Positions 19,401 to 27,485 of a DNA stretch of 64,000 nucleotides are shown piece after piece. The translations under genes were made by a program, and so were the position numbers. Position 1 is the stretch's first letter. Every line of letters begins with the position of its first letter. The DNA comes from an uncultured archaeon (lineage in GTDB: Archaea > Aenigmatarchaeota > Aenigmatarchaeia > QMZP01). Under the pieces are notes generated by a model, which was not told where the DNA came from, searched no databases, and saw only the letters and a list, made by a program, of their open reading frames with translations. The stretch spans positions 944 through 64,943 of the forward strand of contig CAZCGK010000006.1 in assembly GCA_964498245.1 (NCBI GenBank), read 5' to 3'.

Positions 19401-21116
19401 CCAGCTGCTGTTGCTGCAGGGGCCATCCATGGTGTCAACCCAAATATCATAAAGTTTTACGTTAAATCCCGTACCTGTATAGCCCTCTCCTTCGGAAGTG
19501 TTGATTCTGAGTTTCACATGATACCAACCAGGAGAATTTGGAGCAGTAAAGTATATTCTATTTCCCGAAGAAACTCTTTGAGATGCGGAAACGATTGAAT
19601 CTGTAATATCATCCCAGCTTTCGTTTCTTATTTCAAGAATTTCAATCCTGGTTACCGGGATGGGTGTGTAGTTTCCTGTAAAGGCCTTTACCTCAAGGGT
19701 TATATTCTCTCCTGTTCCATATCTCCATCTCCAAGCATCAAATTGATCCTTAGTTTCAGTATATGCAATTATATTCTGCACGAATATTGTGGTTTCGCCT
19801 CTTGCAAGACCGGCTGAAGTGTTAACCTCGACCTCTATTATGAACTCGCCTGTTTCATTTGGAGCATTGAAAGTAAGAAGCTTTGAAAATTCCATAAATC
19901 CTGGTTCCGTATGATTCAGTTCACCGCTTAATTTGGACATACAATCCTTACCCTTTATGTCCTTACATCCAACAATCCTTGCATTATATACACCCTCTCC
20001 TGATATCTGCTCACCGGTTTTCATATTTATGACAAAGAGCCCGAGTTTGACCGGCTGACCTTTCAAAAAGCCTGTTATATGTTTCATTTCGGTGAGGGGA
20101 ACAAGATCAACCCTTATGCTCCTTATTTCAAACCACACCTTTTCCAAACGTGTAGAACCGGATTTTGTAATTTCTGCTTCTACATAATATTTCCCATTGG
20201 AAAGCTCAGAAAGAGAATATGGGTTGGTCTCATAAACACCATCGGATATTTCCTGAGAAGAGTTGAATGTATATACCGTGTTACCTTTCGCATCTTTTAG
20301 ATACACATCAATATTGGCATTTTTAACCGGAATGGAAGAACCTGTACTGCTGGTGATTGTGGTTGTTATTCTAACTTTTAGCAAGTCCTCGTTGCTGAAA
20401 AGGTATTTTTTCTTTCCATCTCCACCCATCACATTCACCTTTACTTCGAACGGCGGTGCCTCAAATGCTGCCATGGCGAGACCGTTTCCAAGAACTACGA
20501 GGTAATCACCGTATTCTTTTATCTGATAGGTTATCCCAGCGGTTCCGTTGGAATTGGTTGTGATGCTTGTAGAATTCACAACACTTCCATTTATCAGTTT
20601 GATTTTTACCGGAAGTGTCACATCAGAAGCTGGAGATAATCCTGTGGGAAGAACATTCTGAACGGAAATTGTAATAGTAACTGTATCATTGAGAGAATAA
20701 GTATATTTATCAGTGGTAACAAGATATCTTTTTTCTGCTTCAACCTTAAACTGACCTGTTACAAAACCTGTATCAGAGAATTTAGTTGCTTGGACGGAGA
20801 TGGAATATATTCCCAGTGATGTAAGAGGAACTGGGTCAGATGTATATCTTCCATCAGAATCCGTGGTTTTTGATTGTGTTGAAATTGTAGATCCGTTCGG
20901 AGAAGTAAGGGTTATCGTGACGCTTGCTCCTGTGATTGGTCTTCCTGTGGTTAAGCTCCTGACCAGACCTGTAATCGTGACATTGTCTCCTGGTTTATAA
21001 ATCACATCATCTGTTCCTACTGAAACATCCAAGGGGGCTGCTTGAGTAGTAGAGATAAAAGTTAGAAATAGGAAACCTATCGACCATATGATCGTTGCGA
21101 AAATTTGCTTTTTCAT
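13464..21116 (-). CDS. Giant (2550 aa) secreted protein of about 20 tandem macroglobulin (MG2)-like beta-sandwich domains
   Basis: Signal peptide. Recurring T-D/E-K-x-x-Y/F-x-P-G-D/E-x-V starts and G-x-Y ... W-F-x-V ends about every 100-120 aa. Many N-x-S/T sequons; no C-terminal TM. Confidence 0.75.
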   Translation of the reverse strand: MKKQIFATIIWSIGFLFLTFISTTQAAPLDVSVGTDDVIYKPGDNVTITGLVRSLTTGRPITGASVTITLTSPNGSTISTQSKTTDSDGRYTSDPVPLTSLGIYSISVQATKFSDTGFVTGQFKVEAEKRYLVTTDKYTYSLNDTVTITISVQNVLPTGLSPASDVTLPVKIKLINGSVVNSTSITTNSNGTAGITYQIKEYGDYLVVLGNGLAMAAFEAPPFEVKVNVMGGDGKKKYLFSNEDLLKVRITTTITSSTGSSIPVKNANIDVYLKDAKGNTVYTFNSSQEISDGVYETNPYSLSELSNGKYYVEAEITKSGSTRLEKVWFEIRSIRVDLVPLTEMKHITGFLKGQPVKLGLFVINMKTGEQISGEGVYNARIVGCKDIKGKDCMSKLSGELNHTEPGFMEFSKLLTFNAPNETGEFIIEVEVNTSAGLARGETTIFVQNIIAYTETKDQFDAWRWRYGTGENITLEVKAFTGNYTPIPVTRIEILEIRNESWDDITDSIVSASQRVSSGNRIYFTAPNSPGWYHVKLRINTSEGEGYTGTGFNVKLYDIWVDTMDGPCSNSSWKWRFGPNDEVYFHINVYNLGGHGDTNRVDSSEYTLSITKIRNEITHREYTNLNVSKYKEIPDDEWGRPVLRLSLSNLQLTSGPYIAEIELTDMNGNKDKGEAWFKVSNLDVWAYTKSETGEFRWKFEPTDNITFEVHAEYFNGTLVPDGSEVSIENLLYVQRGPPVPVPIDIYDKSNSSQTSGGVANVWIKAKAGKSLDQGYYMAIIKVRSNDSEQKEELHEVWFEVSVLEVYGWADPWYVSQSGNASMKIVVKKVDGSPVNATLTLVELRDTMTWTEIDKSLYPYGYSKNTTGNEITVDFSFSVSNLPIGQYEAVVRVNAYDLGATSDAYVWFSVQNYQISGELVNPSKRVYAPEENVEMWITVKDPGGSALEGKNVSVYQLVNTESWPWTFKEAKMVGQASPTDAGGRTKVIFKAPKESGVYRPMVNVSGELQKDPWLLPEFEVRSIAVNVKLFDENGNEMEEFPAGSTIQVEVNISNPTGGEISVSQLSMKYRSMDTGTETQLQTITSNIQESNYLTFISPSSEGEYVLYVSVTDNVTGNIIVSKRWFRVKTFDLNFWTEKWAYDTGQNITVYLDARNPDGSPINITVHLQALRDMWSGTSISGYSKNPLNVSGTGTYNIITDNLQPGEYEAELCVYKQGTDPGTECENGRRVYIGFSIQSFEVHAFTEKGSFTPQDEVELFIVVELSSGALENPSNYVLSFIDLRDRKTWLNISSAITSQITVENQTSPMNRKRITFTTSGLSAGEYIARFNVTHIPSGESRMREVWFKISDYEITIDTVPPVGEERRFFTGEPITFNITVTPAPNETVEGRVILKDDYRWITLQEHTINITSQGFTLQNITIDTPGRYTLVAEVGSAEKFYWFEAGSYKIEIIHWDPNTVHDISPGEDVTIVFDILYPNGSEYQGNVTVTVVDIKNTWDWTSTGVNNLNETNITANAGSYEQYSFTPNLGPGEYEAQLEFKTLADDKITTEYYHFNVRTKEFWAWPEGGPFSPGDNVTIKAVLRYPNGTAWSGINITIDEIYSQKEHRSIMDDVSFTTQYIDTDPSGIATLSFTLPANLTGKVDVKLREGDGNEITWTGFDINTYELRIDRMDDKWIYLPGENFTRRLYVFKSGSPQEGVDISVRIWKHGLWEPGQNISYYYLGQTDSSGFKYINIPVPGEPARYEAEIIAGKDAATYWEGFEVATFFADAWVIGENSNTDRLSEGENAIIAVYVNDPEGNKVAGANVSIIEFRKIDGWIPVSVEVIKDNQTTDTTGRAELRFIAPNDTGEYVAIINVTANISGTVSSTERHVWFMVTQFGVSISFVCPPDVSTCMPDTAIEGGSLTAKLSISGDTSNITNVNFCLDRVRNIFTGVETFYGVCNTTTTNTTYLTFTVPTERGSYDAIFKVDIQSDKGVESFEEWRWFEVKSEGEHYINAWMEPHDAWAGENATVIIEVWSADWQDIDEESSCEKFELVEIRDTQSWNLEADRSSIQQWYLGAYEGPGPPGVRLVFTIPETLNPGEYEAKLNVTCSGISTEHRVHFRVVSFQVSFLMNEILQTNKNVQFWIKIMNASGDPVVGATVYKRQLIDEWSWQPVEIYPSSENYTTDSYGEVIGNFVTPSAPGNYLLQLEVEYNGTVQKAERWFMIKPMNVKIILGNGKEKFFVNETVNVTVNVTDSIGVPVANASVTLNVWCMMIEPPPEDNETTTGCPEIPPMYNLTSQNGTVTFILSNLPAGEYHASVDVNVPEMGSTWAEKPFLVRNFNITVNISKLEYKPGENITLFLTVRNQSGSPVMGEVRAKLQTLQFKPTGDEEVPVVDEGYGFLSPDGNLSLNLTIPTNTTSGPALIFLQVIETPSNISDMEGYMIVIHGSDSQTKVTLTDTGPFSPGEFINGIINASQNLMMAPFVRHLTKTGGAIPLFELFGGGPESGKDNWYGSAIYMNSTGQAHVTFLTQPQPGKYTLLIPFFYKSQQFFSDEPVDITFVDYEVV

Positions 21117-21208
21117 TGATTTAATAATTGCACCTCGGTTGTATTTAAATTTTATTTTTTTGTATAAACATTATCTGAATAAAGGGTTAATTTAATTTGA
21201 TTTTGGTT

Positions 21209-24200
21209 TTACTGTATTGCTCTAATTTTAAACATATATATTGCTGCTGCACCTGCAACAAGTATTGCAATTATGAGATACCATATCCATGTATAATCTG
21301 GGGATTTACATTTTTCCTCTGAACAGCCATATTGGCATATTTCCAAAGTCTCCCAGGATGTTCCTTCTTGATTACATTGCTGGAGTTCCTGACCCAGGCA
21401 TCGCTTTTCTCCAGGTGTACAAACTTGCTTGAGTGGTTGTTCTTCAGGTTGTTTACAGTCTTCAGGGCAGTTTTCAGGAGTTTCTCCCTCCTCGCAAACA
21501 CCATTTATATTGCAAACTTCCTCCGAAACTTGAACTTCTTCTCCTGCTATTGCGAAGTAGGAAAAGCCTGTGCTTTCTGCCTCATAGTAAACTGTTTTTG
21601 AATCTTCAGATATCAGGGTTGTTGGAAGTTTTTGCCAGGAGGTTGTATAGCGGTATAAAGAGATTGTGGATTTGTTTATGTTATTCTCTTCTATCCAAGA
21701 TTTGTTCACATGGAACTTTATAGTTGCTTTTTCAAGATTGTTTCGCAGGTTTCTGTGGGTTATTTCTATGTATTGGTATACTTTACCGGAAACTTCATGA
21801 GTTACATCTGCTGGTTTCCCTTTAAGCTTGGTCACCTTTATGTAAACAGAGGTAGCAGGATTTATGACCATTATACCTATCTCATGGATTCCAATTTCTT
21901 TCTTATTGAGTTTGAAGATTGAAACATTTCCGGGGTTTACCCTGCTCCAGGAGTAGGCCACGTAAGGAAGAATTTCTTGTGGTGTGTAGCCTGCACCTCC
22001 ACCCGTATCATAGGTGATGGAAGATTCGGGTGGTGTGTAGCTGACCGTTAGGTAATAAACAGAGGAGATTCCTGTGTTACCTCCTGCATCTCTACATCTT
22101 ACACTCCAGTTATAGTTTCCGTTAGAGAGGGATTTTGTAAAGGTTTGGGATGTGTCTTTTGTTATTGAAGTATCGGTCTGATCTGTGATGCCATTTATTA
22201 GAAGTGTGCATGAAGTTATACTGCTTGCATCTGTTACATTGTAAGTGAATGTTACCGTACTTGAGGAGGTCCAAGTGGATGCATTTGAAGGAGAGATAAG
22301 GGTAACGCTTGGCTGAATGGTATCCACTGTGAATGTGATACTTGCATGGTTAATATTTCCGGCGGTATCATTCATCCAGAGGATAAGGGTTGATTGCTGA
22401 TTGTTAAGAGCGGTAAATGTTTGGTTTGAGCATGAAGGTAGGCTTGTGTTCGTTCCATTATATTGATACCAGCATGTATCAAGATTGGCTTCGGTGTAGG
22501 TGAAGTTTAGCCAGAGAGTTGTGGTATTGTATGTGGTGTTTTGTGGCGAGAGTATTGTTATTGTTGGTGGGGTGGTATCAACTGTGAAGTATTCCTGTGC
22601 AGAGCCTGTATTTCCTGCGGAATCGTTGGCATAGACTATAACATTGTTCAATCCTTCTGATGCTGTTATGGTTATGTTTGAACATGATGCTAATATTATG
22701 TTACTTCCTCCGTTTAATGAATACCAGCATGAATCAAGGTTTGCGTCCTGAACTGTATAGTTCAGATCTATAGATGTTGTTGCATATGTGGTGTTTTGTG
22801 GTGAATAAATTGTTACAGTTGGTTGTGTTGTATCTACGGTTACATACCAAGTTCCGTTCCAACCCCAGTTTCCAACGCTGTCGTTTATATAGACCGAGTA
22901 GGAGATTATTCCATCTCCTTGGTTTGTAGCATTGAAGTAGCAGGCATAATTTCCGAGCATGGTCATGGTGTAGTTTGCCTGAGTTCCGTTGTTGAGCTCA
23001 AGTATGCAAGCTTGCGGCGTATCATCTGTGAATGTTATGTTTATTTCGAAATAATTTGTATTGATATGAGAATTGTTTGAAGGTGTGGGTGAGACAATGA
23101 TTATGTTCGAAGGCGGACCTGTGCTTACGTAGGTTGTAAATATTACCCCATCATCTGCAGAGGAAAGGTTCCAGTCTGTTTCGGTATCCGTTCCGTTCCA
23201 GTGGTTTGCAATGATATAGGAAGTATATACACCCTCGGTGGAATTTGACACATTAAGTTCAACCACTTCCCATTCTCCTATGGAGAGGTTAAGGAAAGTA
23301 TCATTCAATATTCCTGTTCCTACCACACTGAGATTATATTCCTCTCCAAGGCTGTTGTTTCCGAAATTAGTTATGTTTATGAGATATGTTGCATTTTGTC
23401 CTGCCTGAACAAATCTTTCCATAACGGTGAGGTTTTCGAATGTGAGGTTATGAAGTGTGCTTCCAACCACGTAGGTGGAGAATGTGCTTACGGTAAAGCT
23501 AAGATTCTCTCCATCAAATACTACATCCATACATCTGGTCGGTGGACATGGTTGAAGGTCTGATGGCAGGAAGCTTCCGTTAAAGCTTCCGTAACCTATT
23601 GACGGATCTTTTATACCAAGCAGTCCTGTGATATTATATATTGTTATTCTTGCAGATGTTGTGAGATTTGGTTTATCTCCCTGTCCATTCCATTCAGAAT
23701 CATTTATACCTATCCTTCCTGCTTTCATGAGGTTTTTCATTGCGAATTGCATTATAGCGGACGCTTTTTCTTTCGTGCTCATATCTACAGGCTGCGTGAA
23801 GTTAATCTTCACAACACCGGGAATCTCTATCACCAGAGGTACAGCAGAGAAATCACCTGTAGCTGCAATCTGATTGAAGTTTGTGGTGCTTCCACCGAAT
23901 TTAGGAGTACACACAACATAATCGGTTCCGTTATCCCATGCAAATCCTATGTTTTCAACAGGACATTCATTTGTGCAACCTGTTATATTCACGAGAGTTC
24001 CATTCGGTAAGGGCATCTGCGGAGGAAGTTCAAGTACATTTGGAGGGCAACTTGGAACAACACTCATGTTGAAAAGCAAGACTGGAACAAGAAATTCATA
24101 ATAGAAAACTGAATCATTTGTTGCTTTTACCGTGATGTTTACATCGCTGATATACTTTATGTTTACATTGAGATTGGAGTAATCTATAAATGCTCCAGCC

Positions 24201-24916
24201 CTGTACCAACCATTTCCTAAATCCTCTGCCTGAATGAATTCCGGTCCTCCTATTTGGGAGAAATTCATCGTAACATTCAATCCAGGAACACCTACACTCT
24301 CACCATTAGTAAAGTTTGCAACGATCTCTACCCAGTTTCCATCATAGAAAAACATGTCTGTTGTATTGGACAAATTCAGTGCTGGTCCAGGGCCAAATTG
24401 GCTCCAAGGTGTGAATCCAGGACCGAAGGGTTGAAGAACCTCAAAATTCAGTATTGTTGTATTTGTTGAATCATCGGTGAATGTTGTTGTCACATTTATT
24501 TGATAAAGTTTTCCTTTATTCGGTATGCTTATGTTAAAGAAGAAATATTGTGTTGTTCCGTTCTCTATGAAGCCTGAGGAAGTTGTGTTGGACCATACAA
24601 GATGCATAACAGATCCTGCACTTGTGTTGGAGAAAGTTGTGGATTGAGCTGTAGTCTGAGCAGATCCTTCAATGAATACAAGCTCTGCAGGGAGGGTTAT
24701 GTTGACTTTAGTTATGTTCAGAGCAGAGTCTGTATTTGTGATGCTGATATTGAGTATCTGGTTGGACTGATCCGGATATGGAATAGCAACCTGAGATGGT
24801 TGAATGCTGGATTGAAATGTTGCACCATGAACTGAAAAAGAATAAAATGATATACATAATAACAATACAGCTATAAAACAAAATACTGCTCCTATCTTTA
24901 AATTAACTTTTTTCAT
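21209..24916 (-). CDS. Cell-surface glycoprotein with Ig-like repeats, PGF-pre-PGF-type domain, Cys-rich modules and C-terminal TM
   Basis: Signal peptide from MKKVNLK (24916). Repeats TVDTTxPTxTIxSPQNTTY...NDxAGN. ESTGFSYFAIAG (PGF-pre-PGF-like); CNINGVCEEGETPENCPEDC; 6-Cys module at 21308-21421; TM plus basic tail. Confidence 0.85.
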   Translation of the reverse strand: MKKVNLKIGAVFCFIAVLLLCISFYSFSVHGATFQSSIQPSQVAIPYPDQSNQILNISITNTDSALNITKVNITLPAELVFIEGSAQTTAQSTTFSNTSAGSVMHLVWSNTTSSGFIENGTTQYFFFNISIPNKGKLYQINVTTTFTDDSTNTTILNFEVLQPFGPGFTPWSQFGPGPALNLSNTTDMFFYDGNWVEIVANFTNGESVGVPGLNVTMNFSQIGGPEFIQAEDLGNGWYRAGAFIDYSNLNVNIKYISDVNITVKATNDSVFYYEFLVPVLLFNMSVVPSCPPNVLELPPQMPLPNGTLVNITGCTNECPVENIGFAWDNGTDYVVCTPKFGGSTTNFNQIAATGDFSAVPLVIEIPGVVKINFTQPVDMSTKEKASAIMQFAMKNLMKAGRIGINDSEWNGQGDKPNLTTSARITIYNITGLLGIKDPSIGYGSFNGSFLPSDLQPCPPTRCMDVVFDGENLSFTVSTFSTYVVGSTLHNLTFENLTVMERFVQAGQNATYLINITNFGNNSLGEEYNLSVVGTGILNDTFLNLSIGEWEVVELNVSNSTEGVYTSYIIANHWNGTDTETDWNLSSADDGVIFTTYVSTGPPSNIIIVSPTPSNNSHINTNYFEINITFTDDTPQACILELNNGTQANYTMTMLGNYACYFNATNQGDGIISYSVYINDSVGNWGWNGTWYVTVDTTQPTVTIYSPQNTTYATTSIDLNYTVQDANLDSCWYSLNGGSNIILASCSNITITASEGLNNVIVYANDSAGNTGSAQEYFTVDTTPPTITILSPQNTTYNTTTLWLNFTYTEANLDTCWYQYNGTNTSLPSCSNQTFTALNNQQSTLILWMNDTAGNINHASITFTVDTIQPSVTLISPSNASTWTSSSTVTFTYNVTDASSITSCTLLINGITDQTDTSITKDTSQTFTKSLSNGNYNWSVRCRDAGGNTGISSVYYLTVSYTPPESSITYDTGGGAGYTPQEILPYVAYSWSRVNPGNVSIFKLNKKEIGIHEIGIMVINPATSVYIKVTKLKGKPADVTHEVSGKVYQYIEITHRNLRNNLEKATIKFHVNKSWIEENNINKSTISLYRYTTSWQKLPTTLISEDSKTVYYEAESTGFSYFAIAGEEVQVSEEVCNINGVCEEGETPENCPEDCKQPEEQPLKQVCTPGEKRCLGQELQQCNQEGTSWETLEICQYGCSEEKCKSPDYTWIWYLIIAILVAGAAAIYMFKIRAIQ

Positions 24917-25108
24917 ATACAAATAAATAATTAGCTTGAGACCTATATAAAATTTTAAATCGTATCCGCAAAATAAAGCAGCTTGCAAAAATAAACCTTT
25001 ATAAACCTCTGCAGTATTCTAAATATATAATCTATAATATATTATTCTCTCCTGTTCCAAATCTCGGAATCGATTAAAGCCTTCAGTTTTTGCGGAGGTG
25101 ATAACCCC

Positions 25109-25834
25109 ATGAAGGCTTTAATCATTGCAGCGGGAGATGGAACAAGGCTGAGTAAATATACCAAAACACTACCCAAATCTCTCCTCAAGATAAATGGAAA
25201 GACCATATTGGAAACAATTTTAACCAACTGTAAATCCCTAGGCATAAAAGATTTCGTGATAGTTACCGGATATCTTCAAGAAAGGTTCAGAAAATTTTTA
25301 ACTGAAAATATTATCAACAAGATGGGAATAAACGTCGAATTCGTCAGTAACCCGTACTTTGAGAAAGAGAACGGTATCTCTGCTTACTGTGCAAAGGATG
25401 TTTTGAAGAATGAAAAAAATTTTCTCCTTCTCATGTCCGATCACATATTTCATCCATCACTGCTTAAAACACTGCTAACTGTAAAAATAGATAACGGCTG
25501 TGCTCTTGCAATTGACAAAAATATTTCTGAAATCTATGATATAGAGGATGCAACAAAGGTCTACGAGGTCAAGGGAAAAATAAAAGATATAGGCAAAAAT
25601 CTTAAGAGCTTCAATGCGGTAGATACCGGTTTCTTTTTATGCACACCCGAGCTCTTTACAGCTCTCGAGAAGCAGATAAATAAAGGAAATGATAAGCTTT
25701 CGGATGCGATGAGATTTCTTGCTAAAAAAGGTAACCTTGCATCCGTAGATGTTTCAGGCAAGTTCTGGCTTGATATAGATACGGAAAGAGATCTGGAATT
25801 TGCAAAACACAGAATCTCAAAAATTACCGGGTGA
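25109..25834 (+). CDS. NTP transferase, CTP:inositol-1-phosphate cytidylyltransferase (IPCT)-like
   Basis: IIAAGDGTRL...PKSLL; MSDH; ATKV..KGKIKDIGKNL...VDTGFF; WLDIDT - the pattern of the IPCT domain; GGAGGTG SD upstream. Confidence 0.8.
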   Translation: MKALIIAAGDGTRLSKYTKTLPKSLLKINGKTILETILTNCKSLGIKDFVIVTGYLQERFRKFLTENIINKMGINVEFVSNPYFEKENGISAYCAKDVLKNEKNFLLLMSDHIFHPSLLKTLLTVKIDNGCALAIDKNISEIYDIEDATKVYEVKGKIKDIGKNLKSFNAVDTGFFLCTPELFTALEKQINKGNDKLSDAMRFLAKKGNLASVDVSGKFWLDIDTERDLEFAKHRISKITG

Positions 25835-26529
25835 GATTCATGTTTTCCATATATCGAACAAGACTTTTTCAGAGATACAGGCAAACAGGGGATAAGATCA
25901 GAGAATGGGCAGCAATGAATCTCCTTAAACTGTTTCCAAGTGTAAAGCCAAATGAAATAACAGTTTTGAGTTTCTTTATTGGGTGTATTGCAGCTCTGTG
26001 TTTTGCAACAGATAAAATACTTCTCGGGGCATTGTTTTATTATATTTCAGACGTGCTAGATGGCGTAGATGGAATTGTTGCGCGATATAAAAAACTTTCC
26101 TCTCCCTATGGTGCTTTTCTGGATTCATGTCTTGATAGGTATGTTGATGGGTTTGTAACAGGAGGTATTATGCTTTATCTTTACAGAAGCGTTGAAATGT
26201 ATATACTTATAATAGTTGGCATGTTTGCGTTTTTAGGTATATTTTTGGGAAGCTATTCTGCTCATAGAGCCGAAGCTTTGCAAAGGGTTGTGTTAAGGAG
26301 TTGGATACCGTTTGAGAGGCGAGTGAGGATGCATGTTATAGTATTATGCGCATTGTTAAACCAACTGTTTTATTCTCTTATAATTATTGGGATTATAGGC
26401 AATCTTAATATGCTTTTAAGATTGCGACCTTCTGCCCTGAAGAATCCAAAAAGATTGAAAAAAAGTGAAATGGACCTTTTACCCAAAACCTCTCTGACGA
26501 TGATAAAAGCATTGCAAAAACATAAATAG
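25831..26529 (+). CDS. CDP-alcohol phosphatidyltransferase (DIPPS-like)
   Basis: Signature D-x-x-D-G-x-x-A-R-x8-G-x-x-x-D-x-x-x-D (DGVDGIVARYKKLSSPYGAFLDSCLD); overlaps the IPCT stop (GTGA). Confidence 0.9.
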   Translation: MRFMFSIYRTRLFQRYRQTGDKIREWAAMNLLKLFPSVKPNEITVLSFFIGCIAALCFATDKILLGALFYYISDVLDGVDGIVARYKKLSSPYGAFLDSCLDRYVDGFVTGGIMLYLYRSVEMYILIIVGMFAFLGIFLGSYSAHRAEALQRVVLRSWIPFERRVRMHVIVLCALLNQLFYSLIIIGIIGNLNMLLRLRPSALKNPKRLKKSEMDLLPKTSLTMIKALQKHK

Positions 26530-26550
26530 TCTCTGGTTTTAAAGAAAATT

Positions 26551-27402
26551 ATGATGTTCTGGCTTCTCCTTGTTACAGGCATTATTGGCTTTACTCTGGC
26601 CGCATACTGGGATCTTAAAACCACAGAATTTCCAGACTGGCTGCCTTATTCCATGATCGTATCGGCTCTCGTCATAAGAGGTATTTTTTCATGGATTGAA
26701 AATGATATATGGATTCTGTTAAATTCCTTCATTTTCGGGGTTCTCTTTCTTGCTATAGGTTTGGGTATGTATTTAGCAAAGCAGTGGGGAGATGGTGACG
26801 CATGGTTACTGGGAGCAATGGGATTTCTGTTTCCAGATAATCGGGGATTTCAGGAATACATGAAGTCTGTTACAGGTTTTCCATTCCAACTTAATCTTCT
26901 CTTTAATTTCTTTCTTATAGCCTTTATCTACCTTATAATATATTCTGTCATTCTGGGAATAAAAAATCCCAAGCAGAGTAGAAAATTTTTCAGGAAACTG
27001 AAAAGAAGTCTCAAAGAAATAGGAACAGTGGTCGGTAGCTTTTCCGTGATTTGTCTTGGACTTGCATATTACTTTTATATCGCATTTCGCATTCCTTTGA
27101 AATCCCTTTACCTCCTTTTAAGCTTTCCTGTTTTGCTTTTTTGCATTCTCATATTTATGCATTACGGGAGATTTATTGAGAAAAATCTCTTCAGAAAAAA
27201 AGTTCATGTGAACAGGTTAAAACCCGGGGATGTTCTGGTATCAGATAAATGGAGAGGTCTGACCGAAGAAGAGGTTAAAAGATTGAAGAAAAGGGGTGGT
27301 TATGTATGGATAAAAGAAGGTGTGAGATTTGCTCCGGTATTTCTCATCACGATTCTTGTCACTCTGTTCTATGGGGGATTGGTATGGTTGTTTGTGGTGT
27401 GA
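26551..27402 (+). CDS. Prepilin peptidase (A24 family)
   Basis: AAYWDLKTTEFPD; WGDGDAWLL (GxGD); C-terminal WIKEGVRFAPVFLI. Confidence 0.88.
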   Translation: MMFWLLLVTGIIGFTLAAYWDLKTTEFPDWLPYSMIVSALVIRGIFSWIENDIWILLNSFIFGVLFLAIGLGMYLAKQWGDGDAWLLGAMGFLFPDNRGFQEYMKSVTGFPFQLNLLFNFFLIAFIYLIIYSVILGIKNPKQSRKFFRKLKRSLKEIGTVVGSFSVICLGLAYYFYIAFRIPLKSLYLLLSFPVLLFCILIFMHYGRFIEKNLFRKKVHVNRLKPGDVLVSDKWRGLTEEEVKRLKKRGGYVWIKEGVRFAPVFLITILVTLFYGGLVWLFVV

Positions 27403-27485
27403 AATAGAAAATTAGTTTGAATCTTCTCCAATTGCAGATATTTATTTTGGATTTAAACCAATAAGATTTAACAGGTGAATTAAAA

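Noticed and set aside
13464-21116. Call as a true alpha-2-macroglobulin protease inhibitor
   Set aside because: No CxEQ thioester motif or alpha-helical thioester domain is visible; the protein appears to be all-beta repeats.
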